Assembly (NCBI GenBank): GCA_963760965.1
Contig: CAVXEW010000007.1
Location: 446,483-510,482 of the forward strand
Source of the DNA: an uncultured Alphaproteobacteria bacterium
GTDB lineage: Bacteria > Pseudomonadota > Alphaproteobacteria > Rhizobiales > Rhizobiaceae
Length of the DNA stretch: 64,000 nucleotides
Reading direction: 5' to 3'
In this document: piece after piece, positions 51,446-62,575 of the stretch
How the letters are laid out: each line of letters opens with the position of its first letter
Position numbering within the stretch: the stretch's first letter is position 1
Notes under the pieces: generated by a model
Database searches by the model: none
The model's input: only the letters and a program-made list of their open reading frames with translations
Told to the model about the DNA's origin: nothing
Made by a program: the position numbers and the translations under genes

Positions 51446-52225
51446 TCATCGGCCGAACTGGGTCGCCCAGACGGTCACCGAACCGATCTTGGTGGGCACC
51501 CGTGCGTAGACGGGCGCATAGATTCCGGTCGACGGCGATCGCGCGAACCATACCTCGATGCTCTTGAGGTCGCGAAGATACTTGATCGAGCTGTTGCCCT
51601 TGCGATAGCCGGCCTTCGGCGTGAAACGGACGGAACAGGCAATGGCCTCTCCCTTGTAGCCGTCGGTCGAGAACGGCTGCCGGCCGTTCGGCTCGAGCAC
51701 GATTTCGGCCCGCGTTTCGCCGTCGAAGACGGAAACCTTTCGCGGGCACACCGGCGTTCCGGCCGGCACGATGAGACCCGAGATCGGATCGAGGACCGAC
51801 TGGAGATCTGACCGGGAAAGCGCCACCCAGTCCTTTCCATGCGGCTTCTCCCTGGGAGTCTGGCTGGTCGACTTCACGTTGCCGTTGCGGAATGTGACCT
51901 CGGTGCGTGAACTCTTCTTTCCGGACGTGTAGCTGACCACATAGGACCTTGCCTGCAGGCGGTCTGGCTCGACGACGCCCGACACCTGCGTAGCCCCCCT
52001 GGTGCTGTCGAATATTTCGGCAAGTCCGGCGCTGCGCAGATTGCCTTCTATTCTGTATTCGCGACCATCGAGGGTTGTCGTGAAAGCGGCCCGCGCGATC
52101 GGCAGGCCGAGAAAGCGGACGCTGTAGCGCGTCGTGCTCCGTGTCGCCGAATCCGCGTGAGCGGTCGTCGCTCCCGCCATCAGCGCGGCGGAGACCGCGA
52201 CCACAAGGGACCATGACGGCCGCAT
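51446..52225 (-). CDS. DUF3108 domain-containing exported protein
   Basis: Signal peptide MRPSWSLVVAVSAALMAGATTAHA, then YSVRFLGLPIARAAF...YRIEG... beta-rich pattern typical of DUF3108 (from memory). Confidence 0.65.
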   Translation of the reverse strand: MRPSWSLVVAVSAALMAGATTAHADSATRSTTRYSVRFLGLPIARAAFTTTLDGREYRIEGNLRSAGLAEIFDSTRGATQVSGVVEPDRLQARSYVVSYTSGKKSSRTEVTFRNGNVKSTSQTPREKPHGKDWVALSRSDLQSVLDPISGLIVPAGTPVCPRKVSVFDGETRAEIVLEPNGRQPFSTDGYKGEAIACSVRFTPKAGYRKGNSSIKYLRDLKSIEVWFARSPSTGIYAPVYARVPTKIGSVTVWATQFGR

Positions 52226-52343
52226 CAGCCTTCTCTCCTCGAACCGGGCACTCTCGCCGTCGGCCTGCCCATGCGGCCATTTATGGGTCCGCGTCCGCTG
52301 GAAGACAAGAGCGCAGGGAAAGGTGTCGCGCCGCGCCGAGCGT

Positions 52344-53507
52344 TCACGACCGGTCCCCTACGACGCCCGCCATCTTCAGGGCCTGGGCGTCCGTGACCGT
52401 CGCGCCGCGGCTCTTTCCGAGCGGCTTTTCGCTCGTTCCCGTATCGACGGTGACCTCCGCGCTTGTCTGGACACGCATCGGATAGTGGTTGCCCGAGTTG
52501 GTGATCAGGATGCGCACCGGCACCCGCTGGGTCACCTTCACCCAGTTGCCGGAACTGTTTTCCGGTGGCAGCAGCGAGAAGGCCGCACCGCTGGCGGGGT
52601 TCACGCTTTCGACGATGCCGTGGAAGGCGTGGTCCGGGTACATGTCGACGGTTATGTCCGCCGACTGGCCGGGCCTGATCCGTGTCAGGTCGGTTTCCTT
52701 GTAGTTCGCATAGACCCAGTAGTGATCGTTGCACACGAGCACGCCTTGCTTCTGATCGGCGTTCACGACGTCGCCAGCATGCACCGTGAAGCCGGTCAGG
52801 CGACCGCTGCAGGGCGCCGTCACCTCGGTGTTCGAGAGGTCCAGCTTGGCCCGCGACAGTGCCGCCTTCGCGGTCTCGACCTGGTGGTTCCGGTCGCCCT
52901 CCTTCCCGAGTTTCTTCTTCGCCTCGTTCAACTGCGCCCGCGCGAGGTTCAGCTGTGCCCGTGCGCTGTCGAGAGCCGAACGGGCATCGTCGAGCTGCGA
53001 CTGGGCCGCGACCTTCTGTTGCGCAAGGTCGCGGGCGCGGGCGAATTTCTGCTTCGCCGTCGTCAGCAGCGCCTTCTCGTCTGCGACATGCGCCTTCGCC
53101 GCTTCGACCGCGGCCTGGTTCGCGGCGACCGTCTGCCGGGCGCTGTCGAGCTCGGCCTTCGCCTGGTCGACCTTGTACCTGTATGGGCGCGGATCGATAC
53201 GGAAGAGGAGGTCGCCGCGTTCCACGCGCTGCTGGTCGTCGACGGAAACCTTGTCCAGCCGGCCTCCGACTTCCGGTGCGATCCTGACCACATTCGCCTT
53301 GATGTAGGCGTCGCTCGTCGCGGGATAGTAGGTGCCGTGGCGGTGGTACCAGTACCCGCCACCCGCCACGAGTACAGCGGCGATCGCCACGGCCACCCAT
53401 TTCGCGCGGCCGCCGAACTTCCGTGCCATCTTCCTGCCCGCAACCGTGCCGCCGGAGGTCGAGGAAGGCTCGGCCCGGCTTTCGTCCTTGATGTCTTCGT
53501 CAGTCAT
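52344..53507 (-). CDS. HlyD family secretion protein, EmrA-like
   Basis: TM anchor WVAVAIAAVLVAGGGYWY, TSDAYIKANVVRIAPEVGGRL, coiled coil, and NSSGNWVKVTQRVPVRI. Start ATG overlaps the MarR stop by 8 nt. Confidence 0.85.
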   Translation of the reverse strand: MTDEDIKDESRAEPSSTSGGTVAGRKMARKFGGRAKWVAVAIAAVLVAGGGYWYHRHGTYYPATSDAYIKANVVRIAPEVGGRLDKVSVDDQQRVERGDLLFRIDPRPYRYKVDQAKAELDSARQTVAANQAAVEAAKAHVADEKALLTTAKQKFARARDLAQQKVAAQSQLDDARSALDSARAQLNLARAQLNEAKKKLGKEGDRNHQVETAKAALSRAKLDLSNTEVTAPCSGRLTGFTVHAGDVVNADQKQGVLVCNDHYWVYANYKETDLTRIRPGQSADITVDMYPDHAFHGIVESVNPASGAAFSLLPPENSSGNWVKVTQRVPVRILITNSGNHYPMRVQTSAEVTVDTGTSEKPLGKSRGATVTDAQALKMAGVVGDRS

Positions 53508-53976
53508 GGTCACCTGCGTGTCCTGTTCCTGTCTCGCGGGTCGCCTCCTCCAGCGCCTCCGCACGTGATCTGATGTGAACGAGAACCCGTCCGGTCGCCT
53601 CGAGGTCGGCCGGCTCGAGACCCTCGGTCAGGTCCAAGTAGACCTGCTGCGCCTCCCTTTCGATTGCCGCCATCGTCGCCTGCGCACGTGGCGCCAGATG
53701 GACGAGCTTGCTGCGCCGGTCCGTCTCGTGGGGACGCCGCTCGATCCAGCCATCGGCTTCCATCCGGTCGAGCAAGGTCACGAGGCTCGGCCCCCCGATG
53801 CAGAGACGCGAGGCCAGTTCACTCTGCGTAAGCGGAGTTCCGGCACGAGCGGCATGCAGAAGGACCCGCCAGCGCGCCTGGCTGACGCCGAGCGGCTTCA
53901 GCCGCCGGTCGAGCAGCGAGCGCCAGACGCGCGTCGCCTCGCCGATGAGTTGACCCAGTGTCTTCTCGTCGCTCAT
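53500..53976 (-). CDS. MarR family transcriptional regulator
   Basis: 158 aa. Winged-helix region LTQSELASRLCIGGPSLVTLLDRMEADGWIERRPHETDRRSKLVHL. Confidence 0.88.
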   Translation of the reverse strand: MSDEKTLGQLIGEATRVWRSLLDRRLKPLGVSQARWRVLLHAARAGTPLTQSELASRLCIGGPSLVTLLDRMEADGWIERRPHETDRRSKLVHLAPRAQATMAAIEREAQQVYLDLTEGLEPADLEATGRVLVHIRSRAEALEEATRETGTGHAGDHD

Positions 53977-55505
53977 GCGCCCTCCGAAGCTTTCGGCTGC
54001 GCCGCCTTCGCACGGCCGACGCCCCCCGACATAAGGAACAAGAGCACCAGGCTGATCGCGATACCCCAGCCGAGCAGCCAGAATGCGTCGAGCAGCCCCA
54101 GGAACCGCGATTGCCCGTCGAGCATCCGGCCCAGCATCGCTCCCGCCACCGGGTCGTGGATGCTGAGCCCCATGGCCTGCAATCGCTCGCGCAGGACCTC
54201 CGAATGCGCCGTAAGGTGCCCGCCGAGTGCATTCCAGGAAACCTGGCTTTCCCGCGCCATGACCGCCCCGCTCATGGCGATTCCAAAGCCCGAGCCGATG
54301 GTTCGTGCGATCTGGCGGACCCCCGCCGCCTCCGCGCTCTTGCTTCGCGGCAGCGTGGCGAAGGTAACCGTCGCGAGCGGAACGAAGACGAAACCGAGCC
54401 CGAAACCCTGCACGAGGATCGGCCAGATGACCCACCAGAGCCCGATGTCGAGTGTGTAGCGCGTCATCGCCACCGTGCCGAAAATGGTGCAAGCGATGCC
54501 GAAGATGATCAGCGGCTTTGCGCCGACCCTGTTTATGAGGCGGCCCGACAGGAACATCGCCACCATAGAGGCTATGCCGCGCGGCGCCAGCGCCAGGCCG
54601 GTCGTTGCTGTCGGATATCCGAAGAAGCTCTCCAGCATCTGCGGTTGCAGGGCGAGCACGCCATACATCGAGAACATGAAGGTCGCCAGAATGAGCGCCG
54701 AGACCGAGAAGTTGCGGTCCCGGAAAATGGAAAGGTCGAAGATCGCGTCCTTCCCCATCTCCAGGTTCCGCATGATCAGGCAGACGTAGCCGAACACGCA
54801 GACAAAGGTGCAGACCTCGATCGTCGTCGAGCCGAACCAGCCGAGTTCCTGCCCGCGATCGAAGATGTACTGCATCGAAGCCACCGCGATCGCCAGGAAC
54901 GCGAAGCCGATCCAGTCCGTGTGCCGCTCCTTTTTCTCGGTCTCCGGGATCATGAACCAGATGCCGATCAGCGCCAGCACGCCGACCGGGACGTTGATGA
55001 AGAAGGTCCAGCGCCAGCTCAGTATCTGCGTCAGGTAGCCGCCGAGCGTCGGGCCCATGATCGGACCGAACATGGCGCCGACTCCGAAGATGGCCATCGC
55101 GTTGCCGCGCTCCTCCTCGGGATAGATCTCGATCAGTACGGCCTGGGCCGTCGGCACCAGCCCGGCCCCCGCCACGCCCTGCAAGAGCCTGAAGATCACG
55201 ATCTGGTCGAGACTGCCGGCAATGCCGCAGAGCATCGACGCGACGATGAAGCCGGCGGTGCACGAGAACAGATAGGTCTTCTGCCCGAAGCGGTCGGTCA
55301 GGAAGCCGGTCAGCGGCATGAAGATGCCGGAAGACACCAGATAGCTCGTCAGCACCCAGTTGATCTGGCTCGTGCTGGCCGAAAGCTGTCCCTGCATGTG
55401 CGGCAGTGCCACCGTGACGATCGTCGTGTCGAGAATCTGCAGGATTGCAGCTCCCATGACGACGACCGTCATCAGCGACCGCCGGCGTTTGTCGTGGATG
55501 ACCAT
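53973..55505 (-). CDS. MFS drug efflux transporter, DHA2 (EmrB-like)
   Basis: 510 aa from MVIHDKRRRSLMTVVVMGAAILQILDTTIVTVALPHMQGQL. 14-TM pattern. Stop overlaps the MarR ATG (ATGA). Confidence 0.9.
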   Translation of the reverse strand: MVIHDKRRRSLMTVVVMGAAILQILDTTIVTVALPHMQGQLSASTSQINWVLTSYLVSSGIFMPLTGFLTDRFGQKTYLFSCTAGFIVASMLCGIAGSLDQIVIFRLLQGVAGAGLVPTAQAVLIEIYPEEERGNAMAIFGVGAMFGPIMGPTLGGYLTQILSWRWTFFINVPVGVLALIGIWFMIPETEKKERHTDWIGFAFLAIAVASMQYIFDRGQELGWFGSTTIEVCTFVCVFGYVCLIMRNLEMGKDAIFDLSIFRDRNFSVSALILATFMFSMYGVLALQPQMLESFFGYPTATTGLALAPRGIASMVAMFLSGRLINRVGAKPLIIFGIACTIFGTVAMTRYTLDIGLWWVIWPILVQGFGLGFVFVPLATVTFATLPRSKSAEAAGVRQIARTIGSGFGIAMSGAVMARESQVSWNALGGHLTAHSEVLRERLQAMGLSIHDPVAGAMLGRMLDGQSRFLGLLDAFWLLGWGIAISLVLLFLMSGGVGRAKAAQPKASEGA

Positions 55506-55672
55506 GAGCCTCGTTCGGTCACTTCGTTCGAAATGGAATTGTTCTGATACGAATAGTGCGCAACAGACGGGCTTCAACCCTTCGGCCGACATGCGTGCAC
55601 GGACGTTGCTCGGCAAGGGACGCTTTGTCGCGCCGGTCGCCAATCCCCCGGCGCGAATTCTCCGCCGTCGGC

Positions 55673-55701
55673 TTGACGTCCGGCGCGGTGCTGACTATAG
55701 A
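55673..55701 (+). promoter_or_regulatory. sigma70-type promoter candidate for rpmB
   Basis: TTGACG-N17-TATAGA, 93 nt upstream of the rpmB ATG. Confidence 0.45.
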
Positions 55702-55793
55702 CACGCGACTTCCAATTAAAGGCCCGATGACCTTTGGCCGGGGCACGGCACCCGAACCACGTTGTCGAGCGGCGAACGAAAATAGGTGAGATC

Positions 55794-56090
55794 ATGTCCC
55801 GCAACTGCGAACTGACCGGCAAGGGCGTCATGTCGGGCAACAATGTCAGCCACGCCAACAACAAGACGCGGCGCAAGTTCCTGCCCAACCTGTGCAACGT
55901 GACGCTGATCTCCGACGCCCTCGGCCAGCGCTTCCGCATGCGCATTTCGGCGGCCGCACTTCGTTCCGTGGAGCATCGCGGCGGCCTCGACGCCTTTCTT
56001 CTGAAGGCCAACGACCGCGACCTGTCGATGCGTGCCCGGCTTCTGAAGCGCCAGATCGTGAAGAAGACGGCCGAAGCGGCGGCCGCCTGA
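55794..56090 (+). CDS. rpmB: 50S ribosomal protein L28
   Basis: [33 protein letters not shown]... 98 aa. Confidence 0.97.
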   Translation: MSRNCELTGKGVMSGNNVSHANNKTRRKFLPNLCNVTLISDALGQRFRMRISAAALRSVEHRGGLDAFLLKANDRDLSMRARLLKRQIVKKTAEAAAA

Positions 56091-56119
56091 GCGCGGACAT
56101 CCTTTCTCGCATTCTCGCG

Positions 56120-56148
56120 GCGGGTCAGCGATGACCCGCCTTTGTTTT
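56120..56148 (+). terminator. intrinsic terminator after rpmB
   Basis: 8-bp stem GCGGGTCA/TGACCCGC with loop GCGA, followed by CTTTGTTTT. Confidence 0.75.
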
Positions 56149-56176
56149 GCTGGTGGCATCAACCCAGGATAAAAAA

Positions 56177-56818
56177 ATGCACACTCTCCGGAAAACCGCG
56201 CCCTTCATCCTTCTGATGGCGATCGTCGTCGTCTCGTCGAACTATCTCGTCCAGTTTCCCGTACAGGCGAAGGTCGGCCCGCTGGACCTCGCCGATATTC
56301 TCACATGGGGGGCGTTCACCTATCCGGTGGCCTTCCTGGTGACCGATCTGACGAACAGGCGTTTTGGTGTCGGTCCGGCCCGCCTCGTCGTAGCTTTCGG
56401 CTTCGTCATTGCCGTGGCGGCTTCCATCGGCCTTTCGACTCCGCGCATAGCCGTTGCGTCGGGCACCGCCTACCTCGTTGGGCAATTGCTCGACGTGACA
56501 GTGTTCAACCGCCTGCGCCGGTTGAAATGGTGGAAGGCGCCACTCACCGCCTCGCTGGTGGGTTCGGCACTCGACACGGCCATCTTCTTCTCTGTCGCCT
56601 TCGCGCCGGCCTTCCGCTTCATCGGCCCGAACGATCCGTTCGCCGTTGCGGATGCACCCCTGTTCGGCGTTCTGCGCGAGAGCCTGCCACGGTTCGTTTC
56701 CTGGGCCGGCGGCGATCTTTCCGTGAAGCTGCTTGCTGCGCTGATCCTGCTCGTACCCTACGGCATGCTGCTCAGCGCGCTGAAGCCGCAGCCAGGAGTT
56801 CAGCAGGCTGTCGGCTGA
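56177..56818 (+). CDS. yhhQ: queuosine precursor transporter (YhhQ/DUF165 family)
   Basis: MHTLRKTAPFILLMAIVVVSSNYLVQFPV...YPVAFLVTDLTNRRFG...LDTAIFFSVAF. Start placed after the rpmB terminator. Confidence 0.8.
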   Translation: MHTLRKTAPFILLMAIVVVSSNYLVQFPVQAKVGPLDLADILTWGAFTYPVAFLVTDLTNRRFGVGPARLVVAFGFVIAVAASIGLSTPRIAVASGTAYLVGQLLDVTVFNRLRRLKWWKAPLTASLVGSALDTAIFFSVAFAPAFRFIGPNDPFAVADAPLFGVLRESLPRFVSWAGGDLSVKLLAALILLVPYGMLLSALKPQPGVQQAVG

Positions 56819-57190
56819 TCAGATCGGGTTCTGCGGCGCCGGCGGATCGAGGACCCCGGCCGGGCTCGCCTGGTCGACGGCCGCCGGCAGGTGCTCGGCG
56901 AGCAGATTCGACACCTGGTCGAGCGGAATCCCGAATTTCTGCGCCAGCTGCTGGAGCCTCTGGTCGCCGAGCGCGGCGTTGATTTCCTCCGGCGTGACGG
57001 GAAGGTTGCCGGCGTTCGCACTCAGCCAAGAATCGACCTTGGCACCCAGTCCCGACTGCTGAAGCTGGCTCAGGATGCCCTGATAGCCGCCCATGTCGGC
57101 CAGTGCATCCGAAAAGAGTTGCGACACGCCGCCGGGCCGACCGTTGATCAGTCCCTGCACATTTCCGAGGAGATTGTCGAACAGGCCCAT
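56819..57190 (-). CDS. YidB family protein (DUF937)
   Basis: MGLFDNLLGNVQGL...GGYQGILSQLQQSGLGAKVDSWLS...NLPVTPEEINAALG...LQQLAQKFGIP. Confidence 0.7.
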   Translation of the reverse strand: MGLFDNLLGNVQGLINGRPGGVSQLFSDALADMGGYQGILSQLQQSGLGAKVDSWLSANAGNLPVTPEEINAALGDQRLQQLAQKFGIPLDQVSNLLAEHLPAAVDQASPAGVLDPPAPQNPI

Positions 57191-57277
57191 GGTGTTCTCC
57201 TTTTTCAGGACTGCGCTCTTCCGCATCCCGGCGACGGGACGCCGGAACCTCCTCCGGCGCCCCTCGCGGCATCAGGA

Positions 57278-57727
57278 TCAGCCTTTCAGCCGGGAATTGC
57301 AGATGCTGTAGTAGCCGCCGCCCTTCTGGATCCACTTGAGGCCGCCGAGCGTACCGTTCTTCTTGTTGATCTTGTACTGATCGAGGCAGGTGTGCATGCG
57401 CGCCTTGCCGGGGGACTTGTTGGCGAACTTCTTGTCGACGGACTTCGGAAAGACGACTCCCTTCGGTGCCTTGGTCGTCGGCGCCGCGGGCTCCTTCATG
57501 TTTTCCGTGTTGGCCGTCGTCGGCTCGCTTCCGGCGGAGGCGTCAGCCGCGGCCGAGTTGCACTCCGTCTTGCGGAAGTCGTTCCACTTCATGCCCTTCA
57601 GCGTCCCGGCCTCCTTGGCGGCCTGGTACTTGGCGCTGCACTCCTTCATCGTCAACGCACTGGCAGGTGTGGTGAAAGCGGCAGCCGCCACGGCGGCGGC
57701 CACTATGGCGGCAATTCGATATGACAT
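57278..57727 (-). CDS. PsiF-repeat exported protein
   Basis: Signal peptide plus two Cys-containing repeats (MKECSAKYQAAKEAGTLKGMKWNDFRKTEC and MHTCLDQYKINKKNGTLGGLKWIQKGGGYYSIC). Confidence 0.65.
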   Translation of the reverse strand: MSYRIAAIVAAAVAAAAFTTPASALTMKECSAKYQAAKEAGTLKGMKWNDFRKTECNSAAADASAGSEPTTANTENMKEPAAPTTKAPKGVVFPKSVDKKFANKSPGKARMHTCLDQYKINKKNGTLGGLKWIQKGGGYYSICNSRLKG

Positions 57728-57888
57728 TCCAGTCTCCTCGGAAAAAGCGTCGGCTCAACTAGGCACAATCGGCCGATAAATGGAATATGCCAAAATAGGC
57801 AGGATGACATGCGCTTCATGTCGAGGCACATGCTTCGCCCCGCCGCGTGACAACAGTTTGGCGAGGACAGCCGCGTATCGCTCGATCT

Positions 57889-58983
57889 CTAATGCACCTG
57901 CCCTGGGGCCCGCTCCGCCAACCGGAATTCCAGGAACAGAGACCGCTGGAGAATCGAGTTGTTGTCGTCTGAGACCAGCAGCAGATAGACGCCGCCGTCG
58001 GCGGCCCGGGTCACGGAGAGACCCTCCATGTTGTCGATCTGGTCTCCGAGGCCTGCGCTGAATATCACCTTGCCGGATACAGTCGCGCCCGGCTTGATAT
58101 CCTTGCCGGCGATCCGCTCGATCCGTACGCTGAAGGCGCTGGCGAGCGTCACCCCGCGCTCGAGAAGCAGCAGGTCGCCATCGGGCAGGAAGTCTCCGTC
58201 GCTGATTGCGTAGGGCGGCTGACGCTTTACGAAGAAGGTGCCGCGCCGCGGTCCGTCCAGGATACCGGCGTAGATGTCGCCGGCCTTGTTGATGCTCAGT
58301 TCCGATACGGCGACCGTTGCCCCGGCGAGCGGTCCGTCCTCCGGCGAGACGGCGACAGTCTCCAGCCCGCGGTTGCGGCGCAGTTCGGCGACCGGGAACG
58401 GCAGCGGCAAGGTGCGCAGCGGGCCGGACGCCTGCGGATCCGTCAGCGGGTAGGCGTCGACCCGGTGCTCGCGCTCGAAACCCACGACAATATCGTTCCT
58501 GCGCACCGCGACGGACTCTGCGTCGCTTCTCCACTTGGTAGGGATCGGCCGGCCGTCGCGTCCGCGGATGGGCGCGACGCGGAAGTCGGAAAGGCCGCTG
58601 AGCCTTCCCTCGTCGTCTCGACTGAACTCGCCGGAATACCAGAAACCCGTGTCCTCGATGCCGAGAAAGGCGCGTCGGTCCGAACCCAGCCGAACCGACG
58701 ACATGCCGCCGAGTGCCGGATCGTCGGAGGCGACGACCAGTCCACCGATGAATTCGAGGTCGCCGAAGCGCGTCCGGTCCGAACCGATCTCGAAATGATC
58801 GATCCGGCTCGTGCCGGTCTCGATCTTGCGGCCGAAATGCTCATCCTTGCCGATCACGTCCGCATGGGCCGCCGGGACACCGCCCCGTGTTGCGAAAGCC
58901 AGCGTGGCGAGAACGATTGCAAGGAGCGTTCCTCGCGTGTGCGTGCCGGACAAGGCCCTACCCGGCCCGTCGCAGCCCGGCAC
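57889..58983 (-). CDS. esterase-like activity of phytase family protein (start may be TTG at 58953)
   Basis: Signal peptide [13 protein letters not shown], then [12 protein letters not shown]...GGMSSVRL...[11 protein letters not shown]... beta-propeller-like pattern. The ATG start would overlap cobT by 26 nt. Confidence 0.65.
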   Translation of the reverse strand: MPGCDGPGRALSGTHTRGTLLAIVLATLAFATRGGVPAAHADVIGKDEHFGRKIETGTSRIDHFEIGSDRTRFGDLEFIGGLVVASDDPALGGMSSVRLGSDRRAFLGIEDTGFWYSGEFSRDDEGRLSGLSDFRVAPIRGRDGRPIPTKWRSDAESVAVRRNDIVVGFEREHRVDAYPLTDPQASGPLRTLPLPFPVAELRRNRGLETVAVSPEDGPLAGATVAVSELSINKAGDIYAGILDGPRRGTFFVKRQPPYAISDGDFLPDGDLLLLERGVTLASAFSVRIERIAGKDIKPGATVSGKVIFSAGLGDQIDNMEGLSVTRAADGGVYLLLVSDDNNSILQRSLFLEFRLAERAPGQVH

Positions 58984-60868
58984 GTCCCGGACGCGCCGAC
59001 GTTTCCTCCTCGAAGAGGGCGGCTAGCTGTTCCGTCATGGCGCCAGCAAGTTCCTCCGCGTCGACGATCGTCACGGCGCGACGGTAGTAGCGCGTCACGT
59101 CGTGTCCGATGCCGATCGCCAGCAGTTCCACGGGCGAGCGCTGCTCGATCTCCTCTATGACGGCACGCAGGTGCCGCTCCAGGTAGTTGCCCGGATTGAC
59201 CGAAAGCGTCGAATCGTCGACGGGGGCGCCGTCGGAGATCATCATCAGGATGCGTCTTTGTTCAGGCCGCGCCATCAGCCGCGAATGCGCCCAGACGAGC
59301 GCCTCGCCGTCGATGTTCTCCTTGAGAAGGCCCTCGCGCATCATCAGGCCCAGATTGCGCCGGGCCCGGCGCCACGGCGCGTCGGCCGACTTGTAGATGA
59401 TATGGCGCAGGTCGTTCAGCCGGCCCGGAGACTGCGGCTTGCCGGTCGCCAGCCACTTCTCGCGTGCCTGTCCGCCCTTCCACGCCCGCGTCGTGAAGCC
59501 GAGGATCTCGACCTTGACGCCGCAGCGTTCCAGCGTGCGCGCTAGAATGTCGGCGCAGGTGGCCGCCACCGTGATCGGCCTGCCACGCATGGATCCGGAA
59601 TTGTCGATCAGCAACGTCACGACGGTGTCGCGGAAATTGGTGTCGCGCTCCATCTTGAAGGACAGCGGCTGCATCGGGTCGATGATGAGCCGCGGCAGCC
59701 GCGCCGTGTCCAGGTATCCTTCCTCGAGATCGAAGTCCCATGCACGGTTCTGCTGCGCCATCAGGCGGCGCTGGAGCCGATTGGCCAGCCGGCCGACCAC
59801 GCCCTGAAGGTGGGCCAGCTGCTTGTCGAGAAAGGCTCGCAACCGGTCGAGTTCGGCCTCGTCGCAAAGATCCTCCGACGCGACGATCTCGTCGAATTCG
59901 CCGGTAAAGACACGGTAGTCGATCTTCTCGTTGAGTTCGTCGAAGGGCTGGTTCGGCCGCCGCGTCTCGCCGGGCGTCTCGGCGTCCTCGTCCCCTTCCT
60001 CGGCCATGTCCTCGTCGCTGACTTCGGCGCCGTCCATGTCGCCGTCGTCCATCTGCTCGTCCGCTGCCTCGCTCTCCTCGGCGGGTGCAGCCTCGGAGCC
60101 GGCCTGATCCTCCGCCGCCTCCTGGTTCTCATCGTCGGAGCGCGGCTGGTCGTCGTCGCTCGTGTCGTCGCTGTCGTCCGGCTCGCTGTCGTCCTCGCCA
60201 TATTCCTCGGCGACGTCGAGCGAGGCCAGCAGATGGCGGACCGCGCGTGCGAACTTCGGCTGGTCCTCGATCTTGCCCGCAAGGCCATCGAGATCCGCCG
60301 CACCCTTCGCCTCTATCCAGTCGCGCCAGAGGTCGAGCACCTTGCCCGCGCTCTCCGGCGGCTTGCGGCCCGTCAGCTTCTCGCGCACGAGCAGCGACAG
60401 CGCCTCCTCCAGCGGGGCGTCCGCCTGACGGTCGATGCCCTGGTAGTTTGCACGGGCGTACTTGTCGGAGAGCATGGAGGTCAGGTTCTCGGCCATCCCC
60501 GCCATGCGCCGCGCTCCGATCGATTCGACACGGGCCTGTTCGACGGCATCGAAGATTGCACGCGCGTCGGCACCCGGCGGAGCCATGGTCGCATGGACCT
60601 TCGCGTCGTGGCAGGCCTTTCGGAGCGCCATCGAATCGCCGAGCCCCCGAGTGACCTGCACGTCGCGCGCGGTCGGCCGCTTGGGGAGGTCGGGCAGGCG
60701 AGCCCGTTCACCGGTCAGCCCCGGGCGGTCGTTCGCGAATGACACCTCGAGCTCGTGGTCGCCCGCGATCGAGCGGATGCATCCGGTCAGCGCGCGCTTG
60801 AACGGTTCTGAATCGATCGGCCCGCCTTGTCTTGCCTTCTTGTTGTCGCCGCGTCCGGCCATCGCCAC
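58958..60868 (-). CDS. cobT: cobaltochelatase subunit CobT-type protein (VWA domain)
   Basis: 636 aa. Central acidic tract and C-terminal VWA with MIDAS motif [11 protein letters not shown]. Confidence 0.9.
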   Translation of the reverse strand: MAMAGRGDNKKARQGGPIDSEPFKRALTGCIRSIAGDHELEVSFANDRPGLTGERARLPDLPKRPTARDVQVTRGLGDSMALRKACHDAKVHATMAPPGADARAIFDAVEQARVESIGARRMAGMAENLTSMLSDKYARANYQGIDRQADAPLEEALSLLVREKLTGRKPPESAGKVLDLWRDWIEAKGAADLDGLAGKIEDQPKFARAVRHLLASLDVAEEYGEDDSEPDDSDDTSDDDQPRSDDENQEAAEDQAGSEAAPAEESEAADEQMDDGDMDGAEVSDEDMAEEGDEDAETPGETRRPNQPFDELNEKIDYRVFTGEFDEIVASEDLCDEAELDRLRAFLDKQLAHLQGVVGRLANRLQRRLMAQQNRAWDFDLEEGYLDTARLPRLIIDPMQPLSFKMERDTNFRDTVVTLLIDNSGSMRGRPITVAATCADILARTLERCGVKVEILGFTTRAWKGGQAREKWLATGKPQSPGRLNDLRHIIYKSADAPWRRARRNLGLMMREGLLKENIDGEALVWAHSRLMARPEQRRILMMISDGAPVDDSTLSVNPGNYLERHLRAVIEEIEQRSPVELLAIGIGHDVTRYYRRAVTIVDAEELAGAMTEQLAALFEEETSARPGRAGLRRAG

Positions 60869-60878
60869 CTGCTGCCGC

Positions 60879-61877
60879 CTACATCGTCGCGTCGAGCACG
60901 ATGTTCGCCGCGCTTTCCTTCAGCTCCACGCCGAATGCACGCTGATACTGCTCGGCCACGAGGGCGCGTTCCAGCTCGTCGCATTTGTTCAGGAAGGTGA
61001 CGCGGAAGGCAAAGGCCACGTCGCCAAAGATTTCCGCGTTCTCGGCCCAGGTGATCACCGTTCTCGGGCTCATCACAGTCGACAGGTCGCCGTTGATGAA
61101 TGCAGCCCGCGTCATGTCCGCGACGCGCACCATCCGGCCGACCACGTCGCGGCCTTCCTTCTTGTCGAAGCTCTTCACCTTGGCGAGAACGATGTTCACC
61201 TCGTTGTCGTGCGGCAGGTAGTTGAGCGTCGTCACGATCGACCAGCGGTCCATCTGGGCCTGGTTGATCTGCTGGGTGCCATGATAAAGCCCCGTCGTAT
61301 CGCCCAGGCCGATGGTGTTTGCGGTGGCAAACAGCCTGAAGGCCGGATGCGGGCGGATCACGCGGCTCTGGTCGAGCAGCGTCAGCCGGCCGGAGGATTC
61401 GAGCACGCGCTGGATGACGAACATCACGTCGGGTCGCCCTGCGTCGTATTCGTCGAAGACCAGTGCCACATTGTGCTGATAGGCCCACGGAAGGATGCCG
61501 TCCTTGAATTCCGTCACCTGCACGCCGTCCTTGACGACGATCGCGTCCTTGCCGACGAGGTCGATCCGGCTCACGTGACTGTCGAGGTTGACGCGCACGC
61601 AGGGCCAGTTGAGCCGCGCCGCGACCTGCTCGATATGTGTCGACTTGCCCGTTCCATGGTAGCCCGAGACGATCACGCGGCGGTTGTGGGCGAAGCCGGC
61701 CAGGATCGCCAGCGTCGTCTCCCGGTCGAAAAGGTAGTCCTCGTCGAGGTCCGGCACGTAGGCGTCAGCCTCGGAATAGGCGGGAACCTTCAGATCGACG
61801 TCGATCCCGAAAGTCTCCCGCACGGAAACCGTCGTGTCTGGCAGGTTGGAAATGTCGCGATCAATCTTGTTCATCAT
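60879..61877 (-). CDS. cobS: cobaltochelatase subunit CobS-type AAA+ ATPase
   Basis: 332 aa. Walker [10 protein letters not shown], Walker [10 protein letters not shown]. MoxR-like layout. Confidence 0.92.
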   Translation of the reverse strand: MMNKIDRDISNLPDTTVSVRETFGIDVDLKVPAYSEADAYVPDLDEDYLFDRETTLAILAGFAHNRRVIVSGYHGTGKSTHIEQVAARLNWPCVRVNLDSHVSRIDLVGKDAIVVKDGVQVTEFKDGILPWAYQHNVALVFDEYDAGRPDVMFVIQRVLESSGRLTLLDQSRVIRPHPAFRLFATANTIGLGDTTGLYHGTQQINQAQMDRWSIVTTLNYLPHDNEVNIVLAKVKSFDKKEGRDVVGRMVRVADMTRAAFINGDLSTVMSPRTVITWAENAEIFGDVAFAFRVTFLNKCDELERALVAEQYQRAFGVELKESAANIVLDATM

Positions 61878-61951
61878 GTCTCCAGCGAGACCGGCCGCGT
61901 CGGACCGTTCGTCTGCTCTCGGCGCTTTCCGGGAAGTCGTAATATGATCGC

Positions 61952-62575
61952 TTAGCAGAAACCAGCCTGTTTTAACAATTGGTAGGCTTGAATCACGTCG
62001 CGAAAGCGATCCTCCGATCCGCGGTCGCCACCGTTGGCGTCCGGGTGGTGCTTCTTCACCAGCGCCTTGTACTGGGTCTTTATTTCGGTCGACGTGGCGC
62101 CGGCGGCAAGCCCCAGCGTGTCGAAAGCTTTTGCCTCGAGAGATTTCAGCTTGCGCTGCCTTGGCTCCGGACGCGCTCGCGGCCGCCCCTCGTCGACGAA
62201 GCCGAACGGATCCCTGATGCGCGAATAGGAGGCGGCGCTGCCTGACCGCATGCGCGCGTGCGAGGGGCCATTGCGGGCAGACTTGTTGACCCCGACGGTC
62301 CATGTCGGGCGATGTCCGGTGAGGGCTTCCTTCTGGTAGCGCGCGATATCGCTGTCGGAGAGCCCGGAGAAATAATTGTAGCCCTTGTTGTACTGGCGCA
62401 CGTGCTCGACGCAGAACAGGAAATACTCCCCCTCCGCGTCCCGCCCGACCGGCGCGCGGTGCGTACCCTTTTCCTCGCAGCCGTCCCATTGGCAGACCGG
62501 CGCAGAGGGTTCGGGCGGCGCCTCGCCCTTGCGGCGCACCCGGATGCTGTCGAAATATTTCGAATCCAGTTTCAT
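61952..62575 (-). CDS. J-domain protein with N-terminal Cys/His motif
   Basis: C-terminal J domain [34 protein letters not shown] (HPD). N-terminal CQWDGC...FCVEH. Confidence 0.8.
   Translation of the reverse strand: MKLDSKYFDSIRVRRKGEAPPEPSAPVCQWDGCEEKGTHRAPVGRDAEGEYFLFCVEHVRQYNKGYNYFSGLSDSDIARYQKEALTGHRPTWTVGVNKSARNGPSHARMRSGSAASYSRIRDPFGFVDEGRPRARPEPRQRKLKSLEAKAFDTLGLAAGATSTEIKTQYKALVKKHHPDANGGDRGSEDRFRDVIQAYQLLKQAGFC

Noticed and set aside
57728-57888. Pho box upstream of the PsiF-repeat gene, since psiF is phosphate-starvation-induced in enterobacteria.
   Set aside because: Only isolated TGTCAT/TGTCAC-like hexamers are present (for example CTGTCCT...TTGTCAC and CATGTCAT on the minus strand). 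Their spacings of 17 and 22 nt do not match the 11-nt direct-repeat architecture of PhoB sites.
59965-60215. GA/GC-rich repetitive-looking DNA inside cobT.
   Set aside because: It encodes the acidic D/E-rich linker that is characteristic of CobT proteins. It is not a mobile or tandem repeat element.
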